A program made the position numbers and the translations under genes. DNA of 64,000 nucleotides from Spirochaetia bacterium (lineage in GTDB: Bacteria; Spirochaetota; Spirochaetia; SZUA-6; Bin103). This document shows positions 25,113 to 35,113 of the stretch, in pieces. Position 1 is the stretch's first letter. Each line of letters starts with the position of its first letter. A model generated the notes under the pieces. It was not told the origin of the DNA, did no database searches, and saw only the letters and a list, made by a program, of their open reading frames with translations. The DNA lies in the NCBI GenBank assembly GCA_965203905.1, contig CBDBDQ010000005.1:2560001-2624000 (forward strand). Reading direction: 5' to 3'.

Positions 25113-25477
25113 CGTGCGGTGGCCGCGGCGTCGAAGCCGAGCGTCACACCCGGCGGCAGGCGCCGGCCGCACCACCGGCAGTGCAGGGGAAACACCCGCA
25201 GCCGGCGGCGCAGGGCAAACGTGACCGCGGCGGCGCCCGCGAGGAGCGGTGCAGCAGTCCAGTCCGGGCTCCGCAGCCGCTCCAGCAACAGGACCGCGAC
25301 CCAGGTACCAAGGACCACCCCGGCCAGGAGCAGAGTAGCGACCCGTCGGGCGTCGCCGGGACTCGAGTGGGTGCCATCTGGCGCCGGCCGCGTCCTGGTG
25401 AGACCGCGTTGCAGCAGGTTGACGACCAGTACCGCAATCAGCAGGAACGGCAGTACGCGGGCAAGGATCTCCAGCAT
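25055..25477 (-). CDS. Small membrane protein, hypothetical
   Basis: Three hydrophobic segments and a CxxC (CRWC); sits directly downstream of the glycosyltransferase on the same strand. Confidence 0.6.
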   Translation of the reverse strand: MLEILARVLPFLLIAVLVVNLLQRGLTRTRPAPDGTHSSPGDARRVATLLLAGVVLGTWVAVLLLERLRSPDWTAAPLLAGAAAVTFALRRRLRVFPLHCRWCGRRLPPGVTLGFDAAATARYEAGACPAAGCEAVPPAG

Positions 25478-25492
25478 CGTGCGGGAGCCGAA

Positions 25493-27052
25493 TCAGCTCT
25501 CCATCAGCAGTCGCAGCGTGGCGGGGCCGGCGAAGAACCGGCGTACCGCCTCCGGCTGCACGGTCACATCGGGGGTGGCCGCTGGCGCGCCAGTCCGACC
25601 GACTCCTAGCGCGGCGGCGACCCGTCGGGCGAACGCGGCTTCTCCGAACAGCTCGTCGATCTGCCGGTCGCGGGCCGGGGGTTGTGCCGGTGCGGTCCGC
25701 AGTGCCGCCAGCAGCGGCGCGTTGGCCTGCTGCAGCTCGCGCAGCAGCCCGCGATCGCCGGCGCGGCGCAGCAGGTCCGCCTGCCCCGCCACCCCGAGGA
25801 ACGCGAAGTCGACGCGGTCCCGGCTCAGGACCCGTTCCATCTCGGCGCGCAACCGGTCTTCCCAACCGGCCGGAAGCAGGTGTGCGGCGCGCTCGATGCC
25901 GCGGCCGTACGCCTCGCGGAGCGCGCCGCGCGCAGCGGCCGGCAACGGACACTGCACCGCGTCGTAGATGGTTGCCGGATAGCCCTCCAGCAGCGTGGCA
26001 AGGTCGTCGAGCACCGGCAGGCGCCGCGCCAGCAACGGCCGCCGCCACTGCAGGGCGTTGACGAACTGAAACCCGAAACCCTCCTCGACGGACGGTGACA
26101 CGATGCGCTGTGCCGCCGTCAGCAGCGTCTCGAAGCTCAGCCCGCACGCCTCCAGCCGCTCGCCGACCCCGAACAGGCCCGGGATCGTCCCGTCGGCGAA
26201 CAGCTCCTCGACCTGGCGCGAGTAGGGTGTCTCGGCGGCGGAGGAGGCGGGCAGCGTAACGATCAGGTCGGCACCGGCCAGGCGCGCCAGCAGTCCCGCC
26301 TCCAGCACGTTCTTGCGCCGGCGCACGCGTACCGGGTACAGCCACAGCGGGCGGCGCGCAGCGTAGCTGCCGCTGCCGAGTGATTGCGCCGCGGCGGCGC
26401 GCGCCAGAGCGGCGCGGGCGGCCTGAGCCGGCGCCGTGTCTGGTGCCGGCAGCGGCGCTACCGGCCGCACCGGATTGGCCAACAGCACGACGCGTTCGGC
26501 AGCCAGCCCGGTGGCGGCCAGGGCCGCGTGGTCGCGGCTGTTCAACACCGCGAAGCGAACGTTGGCGGTGGCCGGGTAGGGCGAGGCTGGAACCTCGCGC
26601 AACAGGCGCTGCAGGTTGGCCGGGCGGGCGCACTCGGGGAAGTCGTGGATCTGCAGCAGCATCGGTTGGCCGGCCGCGGCTGCCGCCAGCACCGCTCCCG
26701 TGAAGCGGGTGTTCTTGGCCAGGTGGTGGTTGTGCACCCACCACACGCCGTCCCCGTAGCGCCGTCGCAGCAGGTCGGCGAGCTGCCGCTGCTCGAGCGC
26801 CGTGGCAGGGGCGGTGTCGTAGCCGACCGCCTCCAGTCGTTCGTGGTTGACCCGGGGAACGCCGGCGGCGCGCGTGTCCGGACCCGGCAGCACGCCGTCC
26901 GCCGGTCCCGCGGTGACCACCGTGATCCGGCGCAGGGCGGGAAACAACGCGGCATGCGCCAGCAGGGCGCGCAGTCCATCGCGGATTACCGTGGTCACGC
27001 CACCCGGAAGGAGGTGGTAATGGAAGATATACAGGTGCCGGAGCGGCTGCAC
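25493..27052 (-). CDS. GT-B glycosyltransferase (group 1-like), start uncertain
   Basis: HYHLLPGGVTTVI, HNHHLAKN, QIHDFPE, YPVRVRRRKNVLEA and SVEEGFG motifs. Confidence 0.8.
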   Translation of the reverse strand: MQPLRHLYIFHYHLLPGGVTTVIRDGLRALLAHAALFPALRRITVVTAGPADGVLPGPDTRAAGVPRVNHERLEAVGYDTAPATALEQRQLADLLRRRYGDGVWWVHNHHLAKNTRFTGAVLAAAAAGQPMLLQIHDFPECARPANLQRLLREVPASPYPATANVRFAVLNSRDHAALAATGLAAERVVLLANPVRPVAPLPAPDTAPAQAARAALARAAAAQSLGSGSYAARRPLWLYPVRVRRRKNVLEAGLLARLAGADLIVTLPASSAAETPYSRQVEELFADGTIPGLFGVGERLEACGLSFETLLTAAQRIVSPSVEEGFGFQFVNALQWRRPLLARRLPVLDDLATLLEGYPATIYDAVQCPLPAAARGALREAYGRGIERAAHLLPAGWEDRLRAEMERVLSRDRVDFAFLGVAGQADLLRRAGDRGLLRELQQANAPLLAALRTAPAQPPARDRQIDELFGEAAFARRVAAALGVGRTGAPAATPDVTVQPEAVRRFFAGPATLRLLMES

Positions 27053-27086
27053 GGCCAGAATATAAGCGCTGCTTGCCGCTCGCGCC

Positions 27087-28112
27087 ATGGAGTGGCTACA
27101 GTCCGGACACGGTGCGCGCCGCCGCCACCGGGAAGGACGGAGAGTCATCTCGCAACGTCGTATCGTCATTGTCGACAACCGTTTCGTGGCCTACGAGGAA
27201 GAACGCCGGGTGCTTGCGGGCCTCGGCGACATCGTCGTCGCGCGGCTGGAGGACGACGCCGAGATACCGGCCGCGGTGCGCGGCGCCGACGCCGTCATCA
27301 TCAACCTGCAACCCCTCGGTGCCGCCGCGATTGCGCAGATGCACGGCTGCCGGGTGATTTCCCGCTACGGCATCGGCTTCGACAACATCGACCTGCCCGC
27401 GGCGACCGCCGCCGGCATCTGGGTGAGCACCGTTCCCGACTACGGCTGGGAGGATGTCTCCGACCACGCGCTGGCACTGTTCCTGGCCTGCGTGCGCAAG
27501 CTCACCTTTGCCGATGCCGCCGTGCGTGGCGGGCGCTGGGGCGTGCCGCGCAACCGGAAGTCGTACCGCATCCGCGGCAAGGTGTTCGGCCTGGTGGGGT
27601 ACGGGGGCATCGGGCGGGCCCTGTTCCGCAAGCTCGGCGGCCTCGGCCTGGAACGTATCCTGGTGGCCGACCCCTACGTGCCCGACGCCGAAATCGAGGC
27701 GGCAGGCGGTGTACCGGCGGATCTCGACGCCCTCCTGCGCGAGTCCGATTTCGTGTCCCTGCACGTGCCGCTGAGCGCGGCAACCCATCACCTGATCGGG
27801 GCCGACCGGCTCCAGGCGATGCGTCCGAGCGCCATCCTGATCAACACCTCGCGCGGCAGTCTGGTGGATGAAGCCGCGCTGGCGGCGGCGTTGGCGGACG
27901 GCACCATCGCCTACGCGGGGCTCGACGTGTTCGAGGAGGAGCCGCTGCCGGCCACCAGCCCGCTGGTGCGGTTGGACAACGTCATTCTGAGCGACCACGC
28001 CGCCTACTACACGGAAGAGTCGCTGGTGGAACTGAAAACCAAGGCGGCGCGCAACGTGCGCGAGGTGTTCGAGGGGCGGCCGCCGCTGTACCCGGTCAAC
28101 CGGATTGAGTGA
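27087..28112 (+). CDS. D-isomer-specific 2-hydroxyacid dehydrogenase (CtBP/SerA-like)
   Basis: RYGIGFDNID, GYGGIG, INTSRG, LDVFEEEP and HAAYY motifs. Confidence 0.92.
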   Translation: MEWLQSGHGARRRHREGRRVISQRRIVIVDNRFVAYEEERRVLAGLGDIVVARLEDDAEIPAAVRGADAVIINLQPLGAAAIAQMHGCRVISRYGIGFDNIDLPAATAAGIWVSTVPDYGWEDVSDHALALFLACVRKLTFADAAVRGGRWGVPRNRKSYRIRGKVFGLVGYGGIGRALFRKLGGLGLERILVADPYVPDAEIEAAGGVPADLDALLRESDFVSLHVPLSAATHHLIGADRLQAMRPSAILINTSRGSLVDEAALAAALADGTIAYAGLDVFEEEPLPATSPLVRLDNVILSDHAAYYTEESLVELKTKAARNVREVFEGRPPLYPVNRIE

Positions 28113-28211
28113 CGGCAGCCCGGCGAACCGCGGCTAGTCCAAAACCATGTTCAGCAGATGACCAGTGCACCCGTTGCTACGGTCTCTGGCGCTACGGAGT
28201 GCCCGTGCGTA

Positions 28212-31100
28212 CTATTCGGTGGAGCCGGCGGCGGCCGCGTCCTCGGGCCGCAGCACCACGCGCACGTACCGGTCTCGGCGCAGGTAGCGCTGTGCCGCGG
28301 CCGTGATCTGCTCCAGTGTCAGCTCGTCGACGCGCTGTTCGAAGTGGGGGATGACACGGAATTCTTCGCCGCGCTCCACCACCCGCTTGATCTGCGCCAG
28401 CCAGAAGTTGTTCCTCCGCAACTGCTCCTCGCGGGTGGCGCGCAGCAGTTCCTTGGCCCGGTCCAGGTAGCTCTGGTCGACCCCGTCGTTCACCCAGTCC
28501 GCGGTGGCGAACACCTCTTCCAGCAGCTCCTCCGTACGTTCGGGATCGCTGCCGAAGTAGACGTACACCCGATACTCCGGGTCCGGCATCAGGTATGCCG
28601 CGGCGCCGACGCTGATGGAGTAGGTGCTGCCCATCTCCTCCTCGACCCGCTCGCGCACCCGGATCTGGAAGATCTCGCTCAGGGCCGCCAGCGCCATCGC
28701 CTCCGGACGGCTCCACTCCATCTCGCCGGCGTAGACCAGTTGCGTGATGCTGCGTGGCTCGATGCCCATGTGTACGGCACGATCCTCCACCCCCGCCGGT
28801 GGGTCGATTCCCAGGTCCAGCCACCGCTCCTGGCGGCCGGCCGCCGGCAGGGAGGCCAGGTAGGTGGCGGCCAGCGTGCGCAGCCGATCCCATTCGAACG
28901 CCCCGACGATCACGAAGGTGAAGTCGCCGAAGTCCTGGAACCGATCCGCGTAGACCGCGGCGGAGCGTTCCAGGCTCAGCTCTTCCAGCACCTCGAGGGT
29001 GAACGGCCGGGCCCGGAAGTGGTCCTGGCTCAGCGCGCTGCGCACCGTGTCGGCGAACACCGCGTCCGGCTGCGAGCGCCGGTTCTCTATCTGGCTGCGC
29101 AGGCGCGAGGAGTAGGAGGCGAAGAAGGTGGGGTCGAGCCGCGGCTCGATAGCGTACAGCGTGACGAGCTGAAACAGCGTCTCCAGGTCTTCCGGTGAGG
29201 CGTTCCCGGAGAATCCCTCGAACAGCCTGCCGATGTAGGGCTCGGCTTCGGCCGTGTTTCCGGCCAGCAGCTTCTCCAGGGCGACCTTGTCGTGGACGCC
29301 CGCGCCGCTTCCCGCGACGATCGTGGCGGCGGTGATGGCGGCGATGAAGTCGCTGTCCGCCACCAGCGACGTGCCGCCGGGACTGGTGGCCGTGAGCAGC
29401 ACCTCGTCGTTGCGGAAGTCGGTCTGCTTGGCAATCACCGTGACCCCATTGGAGAGGGTCCAGCGCACCGCGTCGATCGACTCCAGCGGTTGCTCGGAGG
29501 TGATGGATCCCGGCTCCGGCAGCTCCGCCAGGAGCGGGATGTCGCTCGCCAGATCCTCGTACGGGGCAACTTCCAGGTCGCCGGCGTTGATCAGCTTGGC
29601 CAGCATCGCCTGCTCGGCCTCCGGACCGGAGGCGACGGCTTCCGGCCCGCTCACCAGGGTCACCGTGCTCTCCAGCGTGCGCCACGGCTGCGCCAGTCGG
29701 TTCACTTCCGGCAGCGTGATCTCGGGCAACAGCCGCTGGTGCAGTTCGTACTCCGCGTCGATCCCGGGCACCGGCTCATGGTCCAGAAAGTGACGGATAT
29801 ACTCCTCGGCCAGCCGCACCGACGGCCGCTGGTCCCGTTCCAGCCAGGTGCTTTCGATGCTGCGCAGCAGGTTGGCCTTCTCGCGCTCCAGCTCGGTCGC
29901 CGTGAACCCGTAGCGCAGGATGCGCTGCATCTCCTCCAGCACGGTGTCCAGCCCGCGTCCGACGCCCTCCTCGTCCAGCCGCGCCGAGGCGTACAGGACC
30001 GAGGTGTTGGCCAGAAACAGCCCGCGTCCGAACCAGGCACCGAGGAACGGCGGGTCGGCCACCTGGGTGCGCTCGAACAGGCGCGCATTGGCCATCATCG
30101 AGAACAGCGACTCCGCCAGCAGTTGCCGGTAGGCGGCCAGGTTCTGGCCGGTCTCCGCGGGCATCTTGACGTAGATCCGCAGCGTGGTGACGCTCAGCTC
30201 CGGATCGGTGTCGATGCTGATCCGCGGCTCGGCATGCGGCGGGAGCGGATACTCGGGACGCACGGTGGGCGTCTGCGGGCGCGCCGCGCGTGCCTGGGTG
30301 GCCGCTCCTTCCGGCGGCGGCGCGAAGTGTTGGCGGATGGTCTCCACCATCTCCGGGCCGTCGAAGTCGCCTACGGCAATCACCGCCATCAGGGCGGGCC
30401 GGTACCAGCGCTCGTAGAAGCCGCGCAGGTCGTCCGGAGTGGCGGCCTCGATCACCTCCGGCAGGCCGATCGGCAGCCGTTCCGAGTAGCGGGAGTCGCC
30501 AAACAGCACCGGGTACTGCAGATCACTGATGCGCGCGGCGGCACCGCGGCGGGTGCGCCACTCCTCCAGCACCACTCCGCGTTCCTTCTCGACTTCCTCG
30601 GGATCGAGGGTCATGGCGTAGGCCCAGTCGCTGAGGATCTGGAACGCGGTCTCGGTCACCTCGGGATCGTCGGTGGGGATCTCGATCTTGTAGACGGTCT
30701 CGTCGAACGAGGTGTAGGCGTTCAGGTCGGGGCCGAACTTGGAGCCGATCGACTCCAGGTACTCCACGAGCTCGTTGCCCGAGAAGCGTTCGGTGCCGTT
30801 GAACGCCATGTGCTCCAGGTAGTGCGCGAGTCCGCGCTCGTGCTCCTCTTCCAGCACCGAGCCGGCGTGCACCGCCAGGCGCAGCTGGGCGCGGTTGCGT
30901 GGCTCGGAGTTCTCCTTGACGTAGTAGGTCAACCCGTTGCTGAGCGTGCCGGTGAGCGCCTCGGGGTCGAACGGCAGGTCGCTTTCCGGGGCCTGGGCCG
31001 AGGCGAGCGAAGCGCCGGCGACGAGTGCCGCGAGCGTGGTGACGAGTCCCGCCCACGGGCGGGCCCGAGCGTGACCGGAACGGGTCGGTTGCGGTTGCAT
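28212..31100 (-). CDS. M16 family zinc protease (PqqL-like), secreted
   Basis: Signal peptide; GLAHYLEHMAFNGT (HxxEH) and NAYTSFDETVY; two-lobed insulinase architecture. Confidence 0.93.
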   Translation of the reverse strand: MQPQPTRSGHARARPWAGLVTTLAALVAGASLASAQAPESDLPFDPEALTGTLSNGLTYYVKENSEPRNRAQLRLAVHAGSVLEEEHERGLAHYLEHMAFNGTERFSGNELVEYLESIGSKFGPDLNAYTSFDETVYKIEIPTDDPEVTETAFQILSDWAYAMTLDPEEVEKERGVVLEEWRTRRGAAARISDLQYPVLFGDSRYSERLPIGLPEVIEAATPDDLRGFYERWYRPALMAVIAVGDFDGPEMVETIRQHFAPPPEGAATQARAARPQTPTVRPEYPLPPHAEPRISIDTDPELSVTTLRIYVKMPAETGQNLAAYRQLLAESLFSMMANARLFERTQVADPPFLGAWFGRGLFLANTSVLYASARLDEEGVGRGLDTVLEEMQRILRYGFTATELEREKANLLRSIESTWLERDQRPSVRLAEEYIRHFLDHEPVPGIDAEYELHQRLLPEITLPEVNRLAQPWRTLESTVTLVSGPEAVASGPEAEQAMLAKLINAGDLEVAPYEDLASDIPLLAELPEPGSITSEQPLESIDAVRWTLSNGVTVIAKQTDFRNDEVLLTATSPGGTSLVADSDFIAAITAATIVAGSGAGVHDKVALEKLLAGNTAEAEPYIGRLFEGFSGNASPEDLETLFQLVTLYAIEPRLDPTFFASYSSRLRSQIENRRSQPDAVFADTVRSALSQDHFRARPFTLEVLEELSLERSAAVYADRFQDFGDFTFVIVGAFEWDRLRTLAATYLASLPAAGRQERWLDLGIDPPAGVEDRAVHMGIEPRSITQLVYAGEMEWSRPEAMALAALSEIFQIRVRERVEEEMGSTYSISVGAAAYLMPDPEYRVYVYFGSDPERTEELLEEVFATADWVNDGVDQSYLDRAKELLRATREEQLRRNNFWLAQIKRVVERGEEFRVIPHFEQRVDELTLEQITAAAQRYLRRDRYVRVVLRPEDAAAAGSTE

Positions 31101-31142
31101 GGAGGAAAAGATACCGGCCGCTTCATGCTATGGTCAGCAGTG

Positions 31143-32237
31143 ATGGCGGAATTTGCGGCTGAGACTGTCGCGGGTGAGCTGCCGGTGGTGGCGATCACGA
31201 TGGGTGATCCCGCCGGGGTAGGGCCGGAGGTGGCGGTCAAGGCGCTGCGCCACGACGTGGTCTGGGAGGCCTGCCGGCCGCTGCTGGTGGGCGATCCCGC
31301 GATCCTGGAGGCCGCGGCCCGCATCTGCGGCAGCCAATGCACGGTGGTGCCGGTGGCGGCTGCGCCGGGAGCCGAGGTGGCGGAGGCGTGGGACCGTGCG
31401 CGCATCAACGTCGTGGCCAGCGGCAGCCTGGATCCGGCCGAGCTGCGCCGCGGCGAGGTGTCGGCGGCGGCGGGCGACGCCGGCTACCGGGCGATCGCCG
31501 GTGCGGTGCGGCTGGCACAGCGGGGACAGGCCGCGGCCACCGTGACGGCGCCGATCCACAAGGAGGCGCTGAACCGCGCCGGTCATCACTTCGCCGGTCA
31601 GACCGAGATCTACGCCCACCTCACCGGCACCCGCGACTACGCGATGCTGCTGATGGCTGGGACCTTGCGCGTGGTGCACGTGTCCACCCACGTGTCGCTG
31701 CGCGAGGCGTGCGCGCGCGTCACCCGCGAACGGGTGGAGAGCGTGATTCGGCTGGCCCACGGTGCCGGGCAGATGCTCGGTTTGCCCCGGCCGCGCATCG
31801 GGGTGGCGGGACTCAACCCCCACGCCGGCGACGGCGGCCTGTTCGGCAGCGAGGAGGCGGACGAGATCATGCCCGCGATCGGCGCGGCGCAGGCCGCCGG
31901 CATCGCGGCGGAGGGACCGCTGCCGGCCGACACCCTGTTCCCGAAGGCCAACGGCGGCTTCTACGACCTGGTGGTGGCCATGTACCACGACCAGGGCCAC
32001 ATCCCGACCAAGGTCGTGGGCTTCACCTGGGACAACGGTGCCGGCGAGTGGAGCGCGGTCGACGGCGTCAACGTCACCCTCGGCATTCCGGTGATCCGGG
32101 TATCGGTAGACCATGGCACCGCCTTCGACGTGGCCGGCACCGGCCGCGCCTCGGAGGCCAGCATGGTGCAGGCGATCCGGTGCGCGGCGCAGATGGCCGC
32201 TCACCGCGCCCGACCGGGAGGTGACGGCACAGGTTAG
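31143..32237 (+). CDS. pdxA: 4-hydroxythreonine-4-phosphate dehydrogenase family (PdxA/PdxA2)
   Basis: ITMGDPAGVGPE, TAPIHKEAL, GLNPHAG, AMYHDQGHIP and RVSVDHGTAFD motifs. Confidence 0.93.
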   Translation: MAEFAAETVAGELPVVAITMGDPAGVGPEVAVKALRHDVVWEACRPLLVGDPAILEAAARICGSQCTVVPVAAAPGAEVAEAWDRARINVVASGSLDPAELRRGEVSAAAGDAGYRAIAGAVRLAQRGQAAATVTAPIHKEALNRAGHHFAGQTEIYAHLTGTRDYAMLLMAGTLRVVHVSTHVSLREACARVTRERVESVIRLAHGAGQMLGLPRPRIGVAGLNPHAGDGGLFGSEEADEIMPAIGAAQAAGIAAEGPLPADTLFPKANGGFYDLVVAMYHDQGHIPTKVVGFTWDNGAGEWSAVDGVNVTLGIPVIRVSVDHGTAFDVAGTGRASEASMVQAIRCAAQMAAHRARPGGDGTG

Positions 32238-32419
32238 AGCCGGTTGGCCCGCGACTCGATTTCCGCGCACCGCGTCATGATTGCCTCGAACGGCGCCTCA
32301 TCATCCAGCAGCATGCCGTCGGCGAGCATCTTGTTGTAGTCCTCGGCCAGCACTGCACGAGCCGGACCTTCAGGATCCAGTTGCAGTTCACCCGACACGG
32401 CGGCCTCGCCGGCCGCCAA
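32234..32419 (-). pseudogene. C-terminal remnant of an AbiEii/AbiGii-type nucleotidyltransferase toxin
   Basis: LQLDPEGPARAVLAEDYNKMLADGMLLDDEAPFEAIMTRCAEIESRAN resembles the C-terminus of this family; no N-terminal catalytic part is present. Confidence 0.6.
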
Positions 32420-32435
32420 GGAGCCGGCGCCGGTC

Positions 32436-33887
32436 TCAGTCTGCTTCGACCATGCGGACTTCGTTGATTTCGATGTTGAAGTAGCTGCCGAAGTCTTCGT
32501 CGTAGGAGACGACTTCGAGATAGAGCCACTCGCCGGTGAAGCTCTCGATAAGAGCCGACTTGTACTGGTTGCCGTTGATGTAGCCGGCCGACGCCAGCTT
32601 TCTGCCGTGGATGCCGTCGTCGTATACGTAGAAGTGAAACCGCCAGGTGCCGAGGACTTCCTCCTGGGTCGCCTTGATCAGGTACATCTTGCCGGGGAGC
32701 ACCGGAACCTTGTAGTAGCTGGTACCCTCGGCCTGTACCTGGCCCCGATAGCTGGCGCCGGCGAGCGGCAACGGATCGTCTTCCTCGCCTTCGTTGTCGA
32801 ACGTCTCCTCGATCACGTGCAGATCGTAGTTGGCTCCCGAGCCCTGGGTATGGCTGCCATCCACGGAGAAGAAGAAGCGGTCTCCACCTGCCGTAACCGA
32901 GAGCACTTCGTCTTCGCCCCGCAGGTTGTCGGAGATGTCCTGCACGACGGCGAAGTCGGAGGCTTCATCGCCGTGCGCATACAGGTCGACGTCCATGGTC
33001 GGCGCCAACAGCTTGATGGTGTAGTGACCGCCCGGCGTTGACGCGAAGAAGTAGAAACTGCGGTCGCCACCCACTTCCGCTGCCACTTCCTCACCCACCG
33101 GGATCTCCAGGGGCTCCGGCTCGGAACCCTGGTCGCGCAGCCGATCGTGCTCGGCCACGGTCAGCGTGAACGGCGTCCCCGATGAACGGTGGCGCCCGTG
33201 CACCTCCACATACAGCACGTCGGCCGGCGCCGTCACGGTCACGAACTCGTCCTCCGTGTAGCGCTTGCTCGACCGCGCCAGTTCCTCCCGGTACCGCGGG
33301 TCGGAGAAGACGAACAGATCGGCGTCCACCTGCATCCCCGCGATCGCTATTCGATAGGTGGATCCGACCGCCAGGCCGCCGACCTGGTAGAGGCTGGAGC
33401 GGGTTCCCACCTGTCCGGCATAGGAAACCTCCCCATCGAGGCGAATCGGAGCGAGCGAGCGCACTTCGTCCAGGTACGGCTTGCTCCGGGTCAGAAGAAT
33501 CCTGAAGGCCGATTCCTTGAAGTCGTAGTTGTGCAGCACGAAGTAGGCCGCGTCAGCCTTGGGCGTGAACTGGATCCGCTCGTCGTTGTCTTCGGCGTTC
33601 GTCGACCGGGCCAGGGAATCGCGCAGAAAGGTGGCGTCGGAGCCCTTGTAAAAGAGGTCCAGGTCGGCGGAGAGGCCGGTCAGGTCGAGGCGATACTCCA
33701 CGCCCGGCTCCACGTGCGCCATGAAGTACTTGCGCTCGCGGTCGGCCGCAGTGGAGCCGGCATACTCCTGGTCCACGGCCAGCACGATGGGATCGGTCTT
33801 GTCGTAGCCGGGATTCGCTTCCTGCGCCGGCATAGCGAACGGCACGAGCGCAACGGACACGAAAGCGAGAAGAGTACGGTGATGCAT
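32436..33887 (-). CDS. Secreted protein with about four tandem PPC-like beta domains and no catalytic domain
   Basis: Signal peptide; repeated Y-x-I-x-L...DxDLY/F...S.....DE pattern. Confidence 0.7.
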   Translation of the reverse strand: MHHRTLLAFVSVALVPFAMPAQEANPGYDKTDPIVLAVDQEYAGSTAADRERKYFMAHVEPGVEYRLDLTGLSADLDLFYKGSDATFLRDSLARSTNAEDNDERIQFTPKADAAYFVLHNYDFKESAFRILLTRSKPYLDEVRSLAPIRLDGEVSYAGQVGTRSSLYQVGGLAVGSTYRIAIAGMQVDADLFVFSDPRYREELARSSKRYTEDEFVTVTAPADVLYVEVHGRHRSSGTPFTLTVAEHDRLRDQGSEPEPLEIPVGEEVAAEVGGDRSFYFFASTPGGHYTIKLLAPTMDVDLYAHGDEASDFAVVQDISDNLRGEDEVLSVTAGGDRFFFSVDGSHTQGSGANYDLHVIEETFDNEGEEDDPLPLAGASYRGQVQAEGTSYYKVPVLPGKMYLIKATQEEVLGTWRFHFYVYDDGIHGRKLASAGYINGNQYKSALIESFTGEWLYLEVVSYDEDFGSYFNIEINEVRMVEAD

Positions 33888-33983
33888 GAAGCCTCCAGTG
33901 TTTATTTGAACAGGATATACCGGAACGACCGCTGGAAGTGAACGTGACTCGCACCAGCCGAAGCCGATGTCGTCCAGCGCTCG

Positions 33984-35036
33984 CTACAGCACCGCGTTCA
34001 GGTCGAGCGCGGCGTAGAACACGTCGACCCGGTCCTCGTAGAGGAGGTGCAGGGTGTGGCCGTCCGGATCGAGTTCGGCATCGGGATACATGCCCACCCC
34101 GGGATCGAGAATCACGATCCTCGAGAAGTCCTCTCCACCGCTGTAGGAAACATGCAGGGCGAGCGGGCTGCGCTGAGCCCGGCCCGGCAGCGACTCCATC
34201 ACGGCATTGGGATTGTTGAGGGCGATCACCACGCCGTCCGGCAGCGCGCGGACGTGGCAGCGGGAGGAGGGATTGGGCATGTTGGTGGGCTGCCACTCGC
34301 TCCAGCTCACGCCGCCGTCGGACGACTTCGCGCTGTGGATCAGGCCCCAGCTATTGCGGACGAAGAAGCGCAGCGTGCCGTCTTCGTTGGCGATCACGGC
34401 GGGTTCCCAGAGCGTGACGTCCGGCGGCCCGTAGCCGCTGCGGGTCATGTGCGGCGTGCGCCCGACGAGCTGCCAGCTCGCACCCCGATCGCGGGTGAGT
34501 AGCGCACCCGCCTGGGTGAACCCCTCGTGATAGGGGTTGAGCCGCCGCGGCCCGGTGCGGATGGCGATGGGGGCGAGATAAGAGCCGTCGGGCAGCGCGA
34601 TCGTCTTGTTGTTGAGCATGAAGTCGGGGCCGTCCGGCAGCACCCGCTCCGGTGCCGACCACTGCAGCCGGTCGGCGGCGAGGTCGGGGCAGGTCATGTG
34701 GAAGTAACTCCAGTCTCCGGTGGCCTGGAACTGGTCGTGGTGGCCGTAGGTGAGATGGGTGACGCCGCGGTCGTCGCGCCACGCCATCGGGTCTCCGGCG
34801 CGCAGGTCGCCGGGCGGATCGGAGACCACGGCGGGCGATTCCCAGGTGGCACCGCCGTCGAACGAGCGGCTGAGCACCACGTGGTTGTCCGGATGCGGCT
34901 CCTTGTACCCGCCGGTATACCAGGAGGCCAGGATGGTCGAACCGTCGGCGGTGATGGTGCCGCAGCCGTTCCAGGGCCGGTCGTGGTCGTGACGGAAGAT
35001 GGTGCGGCGATCCAGCAGGTGCGCTGCGCTACTCAT
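33984..35036 (-). CDS. BNR-repeat exo-alpha-sialidase-like protein
   Basis: Asp boxes SFDGGATW, TRDRGASW, SSDGGVSW and SYSGGEDF; MYP near the C-terminus. Confidence 0.85.
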   Translation of the reverse strand: MSSAAHLLDRRTIFRHDHDRPWNGCGTITADGSTILASWYTGGYKEPHPDNHVVLSRSFDGGATWESPAVVSDPPGDLRAGDPMAWRDDRGVTHLTYGHHDQFQATGDWSYFHMTCPDLAADRLQWSAPERVLPDGPDFMLNNKTIALPDGSYLAPIAIRTGPRRLNPYHEGFTQAGALLTRDRGASWQLVGRTPHMTRSGYGPPDVTLWEPAVIANEDGTLRFFVRNSWGLIHSAKSSDGGVSWSEWQPTNMPNPSSRCHVRALPDGVVIALNNPNAVMESLPGRAQRSPLALHVSYSGGEDFSRIVILDPGVGMYPDAELDPDGHTLHLLYEDRVDVFYAALDLNAVL

Positions 35037-35077
35037 GATCGCAGCCTATCACACTGAAAATACTGAGCGTGCAGGGG

Positions 35078-35112
35078 TTGACATCATTTCGATGTTTCGC
35101 GAAATATATAAA
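35078..35112 (+). promoter_or_regulatory. arsR promoter with overlapping inverted-repeat operator
   Basis: TTGACA at 35078-35083; palindrome ATTTCG-N8-CGAAAT at 35086-35105; AT-rich tract just before the ATG. Confidence 0.7.
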
Positions 35113-35113
35113 C

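Noticed and set aside
17130-26744. Very long antisense or alternative-frame ORFs (e.g. 17130-20315, 23286-26744)
   Set aside because: Shadows of real genes caused by the scarcity of stop codons at high GC; no recognisable motifs.
29292-31142. Apparent 981-aa PdxA fusion
   Set aside because: The N-terminal part is antisense to the M16 peptidase; PdxA homology begins near ATG 31143.
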